From: Octopus vulgaris | Taxonomy: Eukaryota | NCBI GenBank assembly: GCA_951406725.2 | Contig: OX597817.1 | Span: forward strand, 75,144,001 to 75,208,000 | Direction: 5' to 3' | DNA length: 64,000 nucleotides | Shown here: positions 1-14,793 of the stretch, in pieces | Layout: each line of letters begins with the position of its first letter | How positions within the stretch are numbered: position 1 is the stretch's first letter | The notes under the pieces: generated by a model | The model's input: only the letters and a program-made list of their open reading frames with translations | Database searches by the model: none | What the model was told of the DNA's origin: nothing | Translations under genes and position numbers: made by a program

Positions 1-2312
1 CATTAGAATAAAAGCTAATATATATATATATAAAGATGTTCTCAACAAAGTAGCTATTGATGTGTTTTAGAATTTGTTTAAGCTAGTGCACTAAGATATT
101 AAGCTGTTAGTAAATGTATGCACCTAAATAAGAATATGAAGGTTGCAACATTTAGAATTTATAGAGATAAGAACTAGGCAACAATTTTTTTTTTTTTTTG
201 CATTCATTCCAAAAACATTTTAGAGCTTCTAACTTTCAAGGCCATTCTTAGTTCCTGTTTCAAAGTGATTTAAAACTTTTCATTAAAATTTATGTTCCAA
301 ACACCAGCATAATAATGAGTTATTTTGCTAAATTCTTCAAGAGATATATGGTAACAGGTTAAAAATGCTTGCTGTCATTTTCTTAAGTCCATTTGTTTTT
401 CTATGTTGGCATGAGTTGGTCAAGTTATCTCAGTTTATATCTTGAACACTGCAATTGAAAAAACTGATGAACAGTGGTGTTGTGTTCATCTTAAAGTGTA
501 GCCTGGGTGTGTTTTCATCCTGTTATCAGTTCCAGAGAGGTTGTGTCATGTACAAGGACTTGACATTCTATTTACTGTTTCAGATTTTATTTGATGCTCA
601 CACCCTCCTAAATGGGTAAGCTTTTATGTAGATTGAGGAGTCCTGGCCACATGATTTCTTGATAATGGCCAAGCTTTCCAAATTGTCCAAAATGTGTTAT
701 AAAGACTCATGTACTAGTGTACTTGCAATGTAGGATAATTCTGGTTGACTTCCATGTCCTTATTGTTAGTCATTAACATTTTAACTGTGAAATTTAATTT
801 CTAGATTATTCTAGTAATGATAAATGTCTATTAAAAAGTAGAACTGGTATTTTCTGCAAGTCATATTGCCTTAATAAACTTGACATTCCTCAACAAAAGA
901 TGGATTGGTATATAAAACTGCTTTCTGCAGTTAAGAGTTATGAAATGATGAGTGGTTCTGATTTCTGTGGTAAAAGGGTTGAATATTTAAGTTCTTGAAA
1001 GAGATGAAGTGGTTAAATATTGTGCATCTTAGTTTAGCATCTGGCTATTTCATGTGTGCAACCACTTTTTTTTTTTTGTTTTTTTTTTTTGTAGCTTCTT
1101 ATGAATATTGATGTCCATGAGCAATATATGAACAGTCATCGCCAATTGTGGCTCGTGTTGGACATTTTCTTTTACCATACATTTTGTATGTTTTTGCTTT
1201 TAATGTTTTATAGCATATTCTGATTAAGGAGTTAATTCAAACCAAAACCTTTGTCTTAACTAGTGTTAATATTTGTGCTGTATATATGCTATCATTCAGT
1301 AAGCAAAGATTGATTGTAAGCTAGTTTCAAGTTAAAAATATCATGTCGCTTGTATTTCTTAATGCCCTTCAAGACATGAATGTCACACGATCTCCTTTTC
1401 CTCCCCTATTAATCTGAGTTATCTTTGTCACTTGTAAAATATCTAGGAAGTTATGAATAATCAATCAGCTGAAAGATTGTTAGATTTATCTTATTAAAAA
1501 TCATTTAGAAAATGTATGTTAGAAATGGTTTCAATTTTCTAAAAGCATGCATCTTTTCATTTAATGTAAATTAATCATTCTGTGAGGCCCAAACTTGCTT
1601 TAGTAGCTACTATATGATGTTAATTCAATTTTGTGTTTAACAATATTCCCTTCCTAATAGCATCATCATCATCTTTTAATGTCTGTGTTCCATGCTAGCA
1701 TTAGTAGGATGGCTTTTTAGGATCTGATAAATCCAAAGACTACATAGTGCTCTAGTCTACTTTGGCATGATTCCTAATGCCAACCAATTTACAGCAAGTA
1801 CAGGATACTCTTTTCATGGTACCAGCATTGCTGAAGTTGTTGTGCAGCTTCCAAATATGACCTCCTTCAACTGAGTTAGGTTATAGTAGAGAGGGAAGTG
1901 ATTTTATGTTAAGTGATGATGGGTTAAAGTATAAGAAGAGCGGGATGAGATCAAATTTTTTTACTGTAGAGGAGCTATATGGCTACACACATGAGAGGGT
2001 GGGAATGAGTGGGGGTAGAGCTAGAAATAAATAAAGTAGTGGTGATGAGGTATCAGAGTGGCCCCTCAAGGTATGAGGTAAATAGGAATAGAAACAGAAC
2101 AGAGAGTTGTAGGTGCATAGAGGTTATGAGTCTATGGGTGAGAAAAAGAGAGATGGAAATGGATTTGGAGGTGAATATAATGATAAACAGGTGTTGAGGG
2201 ATGATAAGTAACAGCAATGTTGAAAATATTTTTTCAACTATTTAAAAGAATTCAGTTGTTTTTATGCAGTCAATTTTGTAAGCTTAGTTGCTAACAAAAT
2301 TCAACATTAGGG

Positions 2313-2343
<31 letters not shown>

Positions 2344-3035
2344 ATCAATGTTGATCCACAAGCATTTTGTTCTTGAACACTCTTGTTCCAATCTATTAAG
2401 TTAAAAATGTTTAAAAAGTATATTTTTTTTTGGTTATTTATTAACTTTCAAGAGACTTTTTTAATGAAAATTTGAGCTTGATTTCATCTCCCTTCACCTT
2501 AAAAAAAATTTTTTGCAAAATTTCAAATTTTCATTTGTATTTCATTATTGGCAGCATACTCAATAATATTTCATGCTTTTTAAAAAATTTTCTTGGTTTG
2601 TTTTGCTCTTTCCTTCAAGTTTTGTTTTGTTTCTTTTAGTAAGTATTCTTTCTTCGTGAAATATGTGTTGCATGATAGTGATCATTAAAATCTTGGTTGT
2701 GAAATTAAATTTCATCTGGAGGTAGTATTCATTTTTCTGAATTGAGAGGAATTGGTAAATTTTAAATAGTCATTTATTGAAAAAGAGAAAATAAGCATTT
2801 CTAATAAGGCGTTACATATGTAATTTTCCTTGTTAGTACCCTAAAATTTAACAATTATTACATTAGTAAATGTGAATATCAGACCATATGATTTGTATAG
2901 AGGAACTGAAATTGTCACATGCTGATTGGTCCATCCTGACTTCTGTAGCTGAGACTAGAATGGAATGAGGGAACTTCATGGTTGGTGAACCTGTTAGAAA
3001 CAGCAGTAATGTCTCACTCAAATCACACTCTACCA

Positions 3036-3178
3036 CAGAGGCATGGGCAAAGTTTTTTGAGAAGCAGGCCACGAGATGGACCATAATCTAGTGGGATGCT
3101 CTACTAAGAAATGTAATAGTAATTTTTCATTAGGTATGCCACCTCAAAACCTTGCGGGCCACAGGTTGCCCACGGCTG
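3036..3178. mobile_element. hAT-type MITE (~143 bp)
   Basis: Termini CAGAGGCATGGGCAA / TTGCCCACGGCTG with an 8-bp TSD CTCTACCA (3028-35) / CTCTATCA (3179-86), 7 of 8 matching. Confidence 0.7.
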
Positions 3179-6100
3179 CTCTATCATCTCAAGAAATGAC
3201 ATTTGTATGTGGTTTCAGATTTATTAACTCTGAAAATAAGATAGGATGGTCATGGCATCAATGATCTTTTCTTTTTCTGTAATTTTGTTCCATGAGAATT
3301 CATTTGAGGATAAACAGTGACAAAAAGTGTACAGGAGTAGCTTCTGTATGTTTCTTTAATTCATTAGGATTAATGCCCAACAATTACCCTTCTAACTGCA
3401 TCAGACCAACTTTAAATCTGGGACTAAGCAGTTATACAGAAATTGTGGGTAAAGTGCAACTTGTGAATCACTTCATGTTGGAATGTGGAGGCACAGATAT
3501 ATAGTTCTGTGGATTTTACTTAGCCCTTGGATTAGGGCTGACCTGAAACTACACAATTATTACATTATAATTAATGTAGGCAAGGCAGCAAGAGGTGTTT
3601 GAGCCCTGGAAAGATGCTTTACAGTATTTTGGCTCTTTACATGCTGAGTTCAAATCCTGCCTAGATAAACTTTACCTTTTCATCTCTTCAGATGGTATTG
3701 GCTAACCTCCTCTCCTAAAAATTGCTAGCCTTGTACCTAAATCAGTAACTATTATATAATTGATGTAGGCATGATTTATAATTTGTCATTTTGACATGTT
3801 GAAAAATATGTAACATTTTGTGAATTTTAGTTTCTTTTTTACTATTGGGTGTGGTTAGTTAGAGTTCTGTCATATTGATAGACAGATGATCCAGTATCTT
3901 ATATTTCAATGGAGTAATTTTAAAATCTGTTATGCAATCAATTCTTGTTTCTTTTCTTTGTGATTTTTTTCTTTGTTTGGTACAGTAGCTGGGAATTTTT
4001 GACTAAAATCATAGAATGAATTTGGCTGTTATATTATTGATTGGGCAAACAACTTACTACTGGTTTAAGAAATTTCTGGTTAACTGTTGAATTGATGAAA
4101 GACTAACAGGAGTGGGAATACAATATGTTTTCCTTTTAACCCTTTCACCTAACACTCTCTCAGATTCTATGGTACAAACTTGTTTTAAAGTGATCTAAAT
4201 TAAAACCTTTCAAAAAATTTCCTGTTTCAAATACCAGCTTAATAATGACAGTTATTTTAGATTTATTTATTTTTAAAATTAATTGAAATGAAGACTATTT
4301 CAACAGAAACATGCTAACAAAAAGAGTATTGACTTACTGTTATTCTGTAAGGAATTTGCTTGCATATTTTATTTCAATTTTTTAAAATACTCATTCCTGA
4401 AGGATTATCATACAAATTTGATTTTTGAATTCATTGCAATCAGAGCTTAAGCATTTCTGTTGCCTCCTATCAGAAAATGTTGGCAAAGTATGCTAACATA
4501 TCTCCAAAATTTTTTTCTTGTTTCACAAATTATGCTAGATTCCCAAAGCATTTGCTCTTTTGAGAAACACTGGAAAGATTTGATAGAAATAGGAAATAAT
4601 TCCTGTGGCTAAATTGGATTATGGAAAGCAAAATATACTTGATGGTAGCTATCTATTTTGGAGTTCCCGTAATTCATAAATATATATACTTTTGTTATAG
4701 GACTATAAACTTTTCTAAATAGCTTAAAGAAGGCCTAGCTGTGTGGGAAGAATTTTGCTTTCCAACTATATGGTTTTGGGTTCAGTCTCACTGAGTGGTA
4801 CCCTGGGTAAGTGTTTTCTACTATAGCCACAGTTCAGTCAAAGCATATTTGTATGTTAGTGTCACCATCAAACCAGCTGTGTTTTACATTTCTTATCTTA
4901 TGTGAAAACATGTCTGGTCATGGGGAAATATTACATTGCTTGAGAACAGGTGAAGGTTGGCGACAGGGACACTGGGCCATAGAAATATTGTCTGACCCAT
5001 GTGGGCATGGAAAAGTAAACATTAAAATTGATGATGTAAGTTTGAAAATGTGGCTTGACATTGGATTATATTGAAACATTTTAACATTTGGTTTTGTATA
5101 TTTTTTTTTCATGTAATTTTTCTCTGTATTCTTATTTCTTACATGAATTAGATGTAATTCACAAGAGTATTTCAGAAATTCAATTGGTTTTAAGAATAAA
5201 TAGGCTTTGAGGTGCAGTTAAAGAAGATTGTTTACGTTGTCGTATGCTAGTGAAAATGTTTTTTCATTGAATTGTAAAAAAAAAAAAATTCTTAATGCTT
5301 TGTTATTTTTGTGGCTTTTATTGTATGTACAGACAGTCATAGCTATGTGGTCAAGTAGTGTTCTTCCCAATCATGTTTTTGGATTTAGTATCACTGCATG
5401 GTACTAGAGGCAAGTGTCTTCTATAGCTCTGAGTTAACCAAAGACGTGTGGGTTTAGTGGATGGGAACTGAATGCAGCTGGTTGCGTGTGCGTGCATGCC
5501 CTTGTCTTGACATCATGCAGTAATTGCAAATGAGCAGTGCCATTTGTTTCCAATCTACTATCAAAACATGCCTGACCCTGAGGAAATATTATTTGGCTTG
5601 GAAACAAGGTGAGGATTGGCAAGAGGAAAGGCATCTGGCTATTGAAAGTATCTTAGAATTTTGTCTAACCTCTGCATACCTGGAAAAATGGATGTCAAAA
5701 ACAACAATGATGTTGATGATGTATATGTTTTATATTTGGATCATTTGGGAGAAAAGAATCTGAAGAAGCTATATATTCTAGGGTGTTGTCTCAAATAATT
5801 TTGTTGGTTGTTTGATATCAAAATAAGGTCAGTATTTTGTTGGAATAAACTGTGGTCATGAACTAAACTCCACACGTCTTTTGTTTTTTTAACCTCTTAA
5901 CATTTAAAAATTATTTTTGAGATTTGAATTTGTGCTCTTATAGATTTTGATCTCTGTGAAATATTAGCCTATTTGCTTTGCTAACAGGTTGTCTGTGTGG
6001 TTAAGAAGTTTGCTTTAGAATGATGTGGTTATGGGTTCAGTCTGCACAAACACTGCCAGCTGGTGTCCCAAAGCCATGTGTTGATCAGTGTGAGTGAAAT

Positions 6101-8776
6101 TAATAGATAGAAATTTAAGAAGCCCCTCATATACATATGTGTATCTGTATGTGCACACATGCAAGTGTATGAATAAGTCCATATTTTCCTTCACTTGTTT
6201 TCGTGTGTTTACTGATTGTAAACAAAAGAATCACTGTTCATACAGGTAGTGTTGTTTGTAGTCCACTGCAAAAGCATATCTGGGTTTGTTGATATGTTGG
6301 TTTGATCTTTGTAAATAAGAGGCATATTCAGTATCACTTGTTTCTAGTTCTCCATGTAACTATGTCTGGGCTGTACATTGTTCAATAGACTGGGAGATTA
6401 ATTGGCTTGCTTGGAAATGAGTGAGGGTTGTTGTTGTGGTACATATCTGGTTGTAGAACACTCTTCCTCAATCTGACCCATGGAAAAGTAAATTAAAATG
6501 TTGTCAGTGATGTGGTCTCTATTTTGTTTATTGATTTACCATTTATCCAAAATTTTGTTGTTGCCTCACTGATGTTAATTTAATGAGTGAAGTATGAGTG
6601 CTGATCACCCTTTTTCATAGATATTTGTGGTTAGAGGACATTTCATCTTTCAAACTCAACTGACATTTAGGATTCTTCTATGTGGTGCTTTCTACGATTG
6701 TTGGTACTAGATGTTTCTTGGTATCATGCACATTTTAATTTTTGACAACTGTTTTAAAATCAGTCTTTTTCGTATATAGTAATTTTTGTTTAATTTCATT
6801 CCAGCAGTAGTATTGTTTGATGTAATTTAGTACCTATTTTTGAAATTTTATTCATTTAGTGCTGAGTGGGGGAATGCTTTGTATTTCAAGAGCAGAGAAT
6901 AGTGTTTTGGCATCAGGACAGTGATTGAAGTCTTATGACCTCTTTTCAAAGAAAGCTCTCAATTAGTTGCCCTTCTCTTTTTCTTTTTTCATTTTTTATT
7001 TACAGCATGCTGTCAAAATTATGCTTGTGTTTAGTAACCAGGGTTTTTTTTCTTAAGAGTTATGGATAGTTTTTTGTTGAAAATGTTCAGTTAATTTATA
7101 ATCTTTTCCATTTAATATCGCTCATGTTGATGGATTTAAATGAAGTTCCTATCCAATAACTAGTATAACGTTAACCAAAATTATTTCCTTTCAGAGCTTC
7201 TTTTTCTGATATACATGTACCCTAACCTGTCAGTGTCATTTAAACAAATTAACATACTTCTCAAGCTTACATAGAAATAATCTGAGCACATAATTTTAGT
7301 AACAAAAAATGAGTAATTATGATGGAGGGCTTTTATTGAAATGTAAATCGTTAATATAACAAAAAATTTTTGTATCATGGAACTAGAGGTGGGTTGATGT
7401 CAAATAAGTTACACATTTTAAGGAGTTATCTGGTTTTTATTTCTTCTCCAAAATGTTTTTGTTTAATAATTGGTGCTGGCATGTCTGTGTGGTTAGAAAG
7501 CACCTTGATCCTTCTATTACAGCACTGGATCAATCAAAACTTTGTGAGTGAATTTGATGAACAAAAACTGAAAAAAGTACATTGTGTGTGTGTGTCTCCT
7601 TGTCTTCACATTGTATGATAGATATAAATGAGTGTCAGTCATACAAGCTGTGTCATTCATTTCCAAAATGCTGTACAGTTATTAGGAATATTTATTTCAC
7701 TTTACAATAGATGTTTCAGCAGCATTGATCTCGTGTCTCTTCATAAAGATTAATTAGTTGGACTTTGATATTACCTTCAATATTGACTGACTGGAAACTT
7801 GAGAGTACAAATGATGTCTTCCCATCTAAAGACCAGATTGAATGTATGACAGAAATTATGCTAGAATAGTAACTTGATTTACTTGTTGTATCTGCATTTA
7901 TTGTTAAAGTAATTTATGCTAGCAGTTGTTATATTATAGTTATTAGCATAAATATTGTATGATATAAGCATCATTTTCAAATGTTTTTGTTTTCTATTTT
8001 GATCCTAGGTAACAACTATTCTCTACCCTCCACCACTTGTATGGTAAAGAATAGAAATTTTATGTGTGTAAAATATGTATATCAGAAAAAGAAACTCTGA
8101 AAGGAAATAGTTTTGGTTATACTATTGGATAGGAACTTCATTATAAGCAATCGGGTATTGTTTCACCAATTAAGAATAGTTTGCCACATCCTAGGCAATG
8201 ATACAACCTTTATGTAGTATCTTCACCTATTAGGATTAGGAACTAAATTAATCCCCATTTACACAGGTTTGGGAAAGTGATTAATATGGATCCCTTGAGA
8301 GTCTGTGGTTATCCAAGGGATCGATAAACACTCAAAATAATTTTCATCTTTAATAAGCAAACTTGAATCTGTGCAATAACTAGTATTCATTAAACAGATA
8401 TTTTACATTAAATATTCCAATGATATCAATATGACTGACTTTTTTATTGTTTGTTATCAATTTTAAGTATTTCTTATTAAAAGGGGTAATGACACAAGCA
8501 CTAAAAAAAATTGGTTTCAGATTAAGAAATTTCTTTTACACCCTATCATCTGTATATATTTAAAAAAAAGTGAGGTGGGTGGGGGGCACATAGGCTATTG
8601 TTGTGACATGATATGAAGGAGAGGAAATGACAATATGGTAATAGTAAGAATCTCTTTTGTTTTGAAACCAGATTAAACCACAGTTCTACTCCCATACAGT
8701 TCGCAGTTTGAATGTCTGCTTTTGTTTCATTTAATTTTGAAAATAATGAATTTAGCAAAATAAGCTAATGTCTTAA

Positions 8777-8997
8777 CCCTTTCGTTACCAACCTGGCTGA
8801 AACCGGTTCTGACTCTGTAGTACAAATATTTTGTTTCCATAAGTTTTAAATTAAAATGTTCCACCAAACCTTAGTCACCTTTTATGTTCCTAACACTAGC
8901 TAAATGATAACTAAGTCATTTTACTAAATTCTTTGTTATATTTAAAATAATTGAAAGAAACACAGATCATCTCAAAATAAATACAGTAATGAAAGGG
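8777..8997. mobile_element. piggyBac-type MITE family A (221 bp), best-preserved copy
   Basis: TTAA|CCCTTTCGTTAC ... GTAATGAAAGGG|TTAA. Degenerate relatives lie at about 240-362, 4136-4330, 25120-25335, 35880-36092, 41560-41778 and 60850-61162. Confidence 0.85.
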
Positions 8998-10199
8998 TTA
9001 AATATTTCTAAGCTATTGTTTCAAATATAAATTAGCAGAAGTGGTATTGGATGGGTTGGTATCAAAACATTGACATATATCTTACACTCCCTATTTTTTT
9101 TTCTCTCTACATCTTACAATACTTTGGTATTGTTTCAAAGCTTTATTTTCACTCTGTTTTAATTCACCTGAACTCTTTATTGTTATTGCATACCAAAGAT
9201 TAATACTCTCTTTTGTTCCCATCTCTCCTGATTATTTGTTTTTAATTCTTCTTGTATATACCTTATAAAGAAGTAGCATTATTTAAAAGGCCTTATTCAA
9301 GGTGTAATGGTAACGAAAACTTAGTGTACAAAGAGAAAGGTAAGATAACCAGAAGCTACAAGAATTGTTACATCTTTTGGTATCAAAGTAGGTTGTCAAA
9401 AATAGTGCAGTAGAACTTAGTTGGCTAATTTTTTCTCAAAATTGTCAGATATTTTTTCAATGTGCAATACACAGCAGACACAAATTGAGTGCAGATGAAC
9501 GAAGAAAGTCTGTTAGTATCAAATGTATTTATGACATATTCAAATGATGGCTGCACTTATATGAAGATTTGACCTACATCAATGAAGTATGCTGCCTGAA
9601 AAAATGTGAGTGGACGGTGATGTCCAAAAAAGGGGTAAAAAACCCAAAGAAGAGCTAAGAGGAGGTAACCAGAATAGGCTTATAAAACCATATCTCTTTT
9701 GTTAAAATACATTGAAACTAATGTAAACATTTTGAATTCTGGACAAAAATTTTGTGAGGTTGGGGAAGCTTTAGTGACTGATGAGGTATAACTCCTTTTA
9801 AATGCCATAGTTGAATGCAACATGGCTAGGAAAGCAGTAACTCTGATAAAATTCTGCATGTGGGGATACATGTATTTCACTAGCTGCAGTGAAGGCAATC
9901 CATCTATAAGAGCAGTAATTCTGAATATAAACTGGTAATATAGAAGAGAATGCACCTACTTCAGGTTGTAAAGTAGTTGGATATTCATTCAATAAAACCT
10001 TGACAATCACGTGCAATGATTTATTTAAAAAAAAAAAAAGCCCTAATGGCACTAACTATGTTGGTACTGTACTCATTAGTATACTTTTTAGTAGAATGTT
10101 CAAGTGGCAATGTGTAATTACCCCTTGACAGTCATCAAATGATCACCATCTGTCTTTTAGTGACAAAATAATAGAGCTGTGGCTTGCAGAAGTGTGCTG

Positions 10200-10650
10200 T
10201 GCACAAGAAGTGAAATAGATGGTAACTTTGGCTAGATGAGTAAGGAGAAGATAGAAAAAGTTCAGGGAGCTAATCTATCTGATGGTAACAAAGAAATTCT
10301 CTTGTCAAGCAAAGAGCAGATTGTATGATGCTTGTGGATGACGGTTACTTCTTCATGATAGCTAAATTATGTTGAATGCAATGTGGGATGTGTGTGTGTG
10401 AAGGCTAGAAAGAAATGAGGCAAGTATATTCTACTGGATGTACGAGTTCAGTGTGCATGAACAACAGTGTAAATGAGCTGAGAGAAAAACTTGTTATAAA
10501 AGAAATTGCCTGGTCATGGAGAATTATTACACTACTTGGAAATGAGTAGGGGGTTGGTGACAGGGAGGGCTTTTGGCTATAGAAAAATCTACCTCAACAA
10601 ATTCCAGTTGACCTATGCAAGCATGGGAAAGTGGACATTAAAATAATGAT
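10200..10650 (+). mobile_element. Decayed RTE-LINE fragment (post-RT region)
   Basis: Contains AAAAAGTTCAGGGAGCTA (KKFREL), AGATTGTATGATGCTTGT (RLYDAC), AGGCTAGAAAGAAATGAG (RLERNE) and GAGCTGAGAGAAAAACTT (ELREKL). Homologous to 45180-45600. Confidence 0.6.
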
Positions 10651-10977
10651 TGATACTTAGGTTGATTTTTATATGGGTTCTTAGCTGTTTTTCTGAGTCT
10701 ACATCACTAATCTTTTTCAGTAGTTAATAGTTAGAAGAGGAATTGTAATCATGTGCATTTTCATGTCAATTCTACATTTAGTATATAGCTTTTAGATCCT
10801 GTCTTGACATTTTTGATTTGTTTTGATGGTTTAGAGCTTTTTTTTTATATTGTTCAGTCTCCATTTAGTTTGAATTTTTCATTTTTATAACCGTGATTAA
10901 ATTTAAGCCTATTTGCTTAGCTATTTTGTATATAGTATTATTGTAACAATTTTACATTTAATATGCTATGTTTCATT

Positions 10978-12870
10978 TTCATCATTTTACATCTGCTTTC
11001 AGTGCTTGCTTGGGTTGTTACAATCTGAGTCAATTTTTGTTCAGAGTAACTGACTTCCTAGACAGGCCTGGGACCATGTCTTGCTTGTATATTTTGTTTT
11101 TGGCATGGTTTGTATACTCTTCCTCACAGCAACTATTTTACAGAGTGGTCTGGATGCATTTTATTATGGCAAAAATACAAGTGAGATTGCCTCATATCCT
11201 GCAAGATTGACATGTCCTCATTACTTCATGCATTCTCTGTTGAGGGCAATGTGATCAATAGAATTGGTAGAAGATTGGGTGATTGCAAAATTTGAAGTAG
11301 GATGAGTTTGAGAATGAAACATTGATTGGGGGAGACTGGAAAAAGAGGAAGAAGAAATGAGAGATAATTGCTAGGAGTAATATAGAAAGAAGAGAGGCAG
11401 TAATTAAAGAGAAATACTGAAGGTAGCTACATGTTAGCTTGTGTTTGTGTGTGAGAGAGGTGGATAGTTGAAGGCATAGCTGGTGGTAAGAAAGTGTAAT
11501 AAGTGACTTGGGAGAGAACAAGTAGTGACTACCAGTATGGAACATCATTAGCTGGTAAGAGAGAGCATGTGAGAGATGGATATTGTTAGGAGTGGCTTGA
11601 GGGAATGTATTGGATACCAGCAGATTTTTATGCAATCTCTCATGGGAAGGAGGAGGGTTGAGAGATAGATATTGGTAGTGGACAGACTTACTGTTTACTC
11701 ACATTGGGTGAATGGCATGATAAACTGAATGGGAGATGAGGTGTCATATAGGCATTTGGTTAGCAGGTGGAGAGAGACTTAGCACATACAAAATAAAAGG
11801 CTCAGGTGTTTGTATATTAAATATCCCAGCCTCCATCTCTGTCCCATTTCAATGTTTCACCATTCTTGCACATGTAGTTGGGTCTTCTCCAATACCACAT
11901 GTTGCCAATCATCCTGGTCTTGTATTATGTTATCTGTTCTTCATTGAAGAAGAAATCTTTCGTTACCAGTAGCGATAACTCGGAACTTTTTCCAACCTGT
12001 TTTTACTCTTGTTACAGTTTTCAGAATACCCACCTAATTTTATCATGTAGATGAATTTGAGAGAATAAATACTGTTAGTGTTTATTACCCTTGGGCACCT
12101 GCAACATATATGAAGTCTACCTTTGTTAGCCTTCCTATGATCCTATGTGTTGTTCATCCATTGGGCACAGCTACTAGATTTGCGCACATTCATTTCCCTG
12201 ATGGTAGCAGGATCTTGTCTTCCTAAAAGTTTAGTCTTTCATAAATTTATTTAAAGGCCTTTCAATTCAATGTTTTGCTTCTATGTCTGGAATCTCTCTA
12301 TCAGATCTGCAGAATCCACTGTAAGAACTAAGTGTTCCTACAGACAGATGGTCTTGAAAGGCATGGAGATAAAATAAAGAGGTGTGGGATGCTTAGAACT
12401 GAGTCCTGATATAGCCTTACCTGTGTACTAAATTTTTTTTTACTGATTGCACCTCTGCATAACTTGTATGACTCTCAGAAGTCATTCATCAACTTCCAGC
12501 TTTAGCAACCATCAGATCACAGAGAAGGACCCAACCAAAGCCTTCTCTAGGCTGGTGAATATTAAGCATGAGGGTTTACTCCAAGCTAACTACTTCTGCA
12601 ATTGTCTCACTAGGAATATAGCATCGATAATAGCTCTTCCTGGCACATTTCCAAACTGCATCACCTCTAGGTTAAAATATCTTTTAATCAATTTTGCAGT
12701 GACTCTGTTGTAAATTTCGTAACCTAGTCCAACTATTTCTTGTCTCTTTAATTTCCTCTCAAATGCACCTCCTTTGCTTTTGTAGCAGTAACATTGTAAA
12801 CAGTGATGCTACTGCTATGCCAGACTTTTGATATGGCACTTTCTTGTATGACCTTATTATGAGATCCATT
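10978..12870 (-). mobile_element. Decayed RTE-clade LINE (RT fragment plus 3' region)
   Basis: Minus strand about 12660-12455 reads MQFG/PGRAIIDAIFLVRQLQK*LAWSKP...SLEKA.../EVDE*LLRVIQVMQ, matching the RTE RT motif QFGF.PGRST.DAIF..RQL.EK...DLEKAFD. The 3' tail is at about 10978-11220. Confidence 0.72.
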
Positions 12871-14094
12871 GAGAAGCTAATTAAAAATAGTTGAAATTTA
12901 AAATTCACTTCATTTATGAATCTCATCATCATCATTTAACGCCCACTTTCCATGCTGGCAGGGGTTGAAGCTAATGAGATACTTAATTTAATGTAATTTG
13001 TTAAAACATATACACGCATGTTCTTTTTAATTTTGAAATCCTGTATTTCTGGGTTACAACTGCAAGTATAGGATGTACTTTTACCTTTCATTTTTGATTT
13101 AATACTGTTGAACCTGGTTATCTTTGAACAACTAGTTCAATATTTGTGTTTTGCCATCTATCTGTCATGACAGAGTATCATTTTAATCTTTTTGCTGCAC
13201 TTGCAAATCATAGTATGATTTATATACGGATTATTATGTTAAAATCTTCATGTACAACCAATAGATTTTCAGTTAAACAGTCACAATTCTCCCTAGGCAT
13301 TTACATTCTGCATTACAGAAACATTGAGTTCTTGTAAGTCTTTCCTTGATTTGAAACCAATTTTCTATTGGTTTCCTTCCATATTACATGGATCTCAGTT
13401 GTAAATATGTTTTGGAATTCAACAAGATTTTCAGGTGCACAGTGTTACCATGATGCTGTATTTCTTGATAGATAGATAACTTGGAAGAAATTAAGCATAT
13501 TTAATAGCATAGGGTTTGAAAGTGCTGCAATCCCTCCAAAATGTTTCCTCATTTTTAGGTAACCTGTTTAGAGGTACAATTTATTACTTGTTGAATATAC
13601 AAGGTACAATAGCTTTAAAGAAGTTGTTCTGAATTTCACAATTTTGGGAGTAAAAATGCTGGATTGCTAATCCTGAAGTGATAAGATATTCCTGCATTTG
13701 GTTGTTCCTTGTAAGAAAGGTACAGCTTGTCTAGAAGCAGGTACCACATCTCTTTGGACAGATTGTTGGTTGGTACAATGACAAACAAGATCTGATTGTA
13801 AATATTTTGTTCCAACAACCTATATGTAAATATCTAAGATGAACACTTAATCCTTTCATAGCCTTGAAATACTACCCTAGGCAGATGTAATTAGGCTGTA
13901 CATTCATTTAAAATAGTGACTTTAATTACAGGTAAATCCAGGTAAATTGAGCAAAAGGTAAAAATATTAAAATTTTGTTTAAACATCACCATAGAAAATG
14001 AATCATCAGCTAATATTCAAATGGGTATGCAACAAAATTTTGATAAAGAAGAATTGTGTACATCACTATATCATCAGTTGAATTTAATGCACAA

Positions 14095-14793
14095 CAGGTG
14101 TACCATAAAGATGGAATAAAGTGAAATACTGGAATCCACCGTAAGTTTGACCGAACTAAAGAAATCGGTCAAAAAATAATATACGGCCCTGGTTATGGTA
14201 TGGAAGTGATAAATTCCAGACCACATCGTTCCCTAGGCCATGCTGACTAACATTATTGTCCCTGTATAAAAACTAAATCCACGCAGTACCCAGTATTTGC
14301 TTCACAAATTTTCCGAAATTTGAACCCCCATTTTGTGTTTATTTACATTCTGTGCGTAAGTTTGTTTCCGCATTGATCGCTTCAAACAATAACTTCCAGA
14401 CCACATCATACCATAAGCCATGCTAACATTAGTTTCCCTCTATAAAAACTAAATCCACAACAGTACCCAGTATTTGTTTCACAAATTTTCCAATTCAGAA
14501 TCAATGCTTGATAACATGAAACTCCTATCCATTTTCAAAGTTGAAGAAAAATCGATGCCAAAAAAAATGTGGAAAAAAATCTCCCAAAATTCAGGGAATT
14601 AAAATTACATGTCGATCGTTGTACAAAACTGTAGATGAACTATTTATGAAGCATAATCACGTGTTTTCACGAATGTACTAAAGAGATTTGCTCTGATATT
14701 CTCATTTAAATATGAATAGGTAAATTTGGGCGGTTTGGTCACATTAACCAAAATTTTTTTCGGGCGGCTTTGGGCGGTTTGGTAACAAAAGGG
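14095..14793. mobile_element. One end of a larger piggyBac-like element with internal ~100-bp direct repeats (left limit uncertain)
   Basis: Ends GGTAACAAAAGGG|TTAA (14781-97), like the family A TIR. Subterminal TTTGGGCGGTTTGGT occurs twice; 14214-14313 is repeated at 14394-14491; CpG-richer than the flanks. Confidence 0.55.

Noticed and set aside
14214-14491. CRISPR-like repeat-spacer arrangement
   Set aside because: Only two ~100-bp imperfect repeats inside a transposon end, in eukaryotic DNA with no cas genes.
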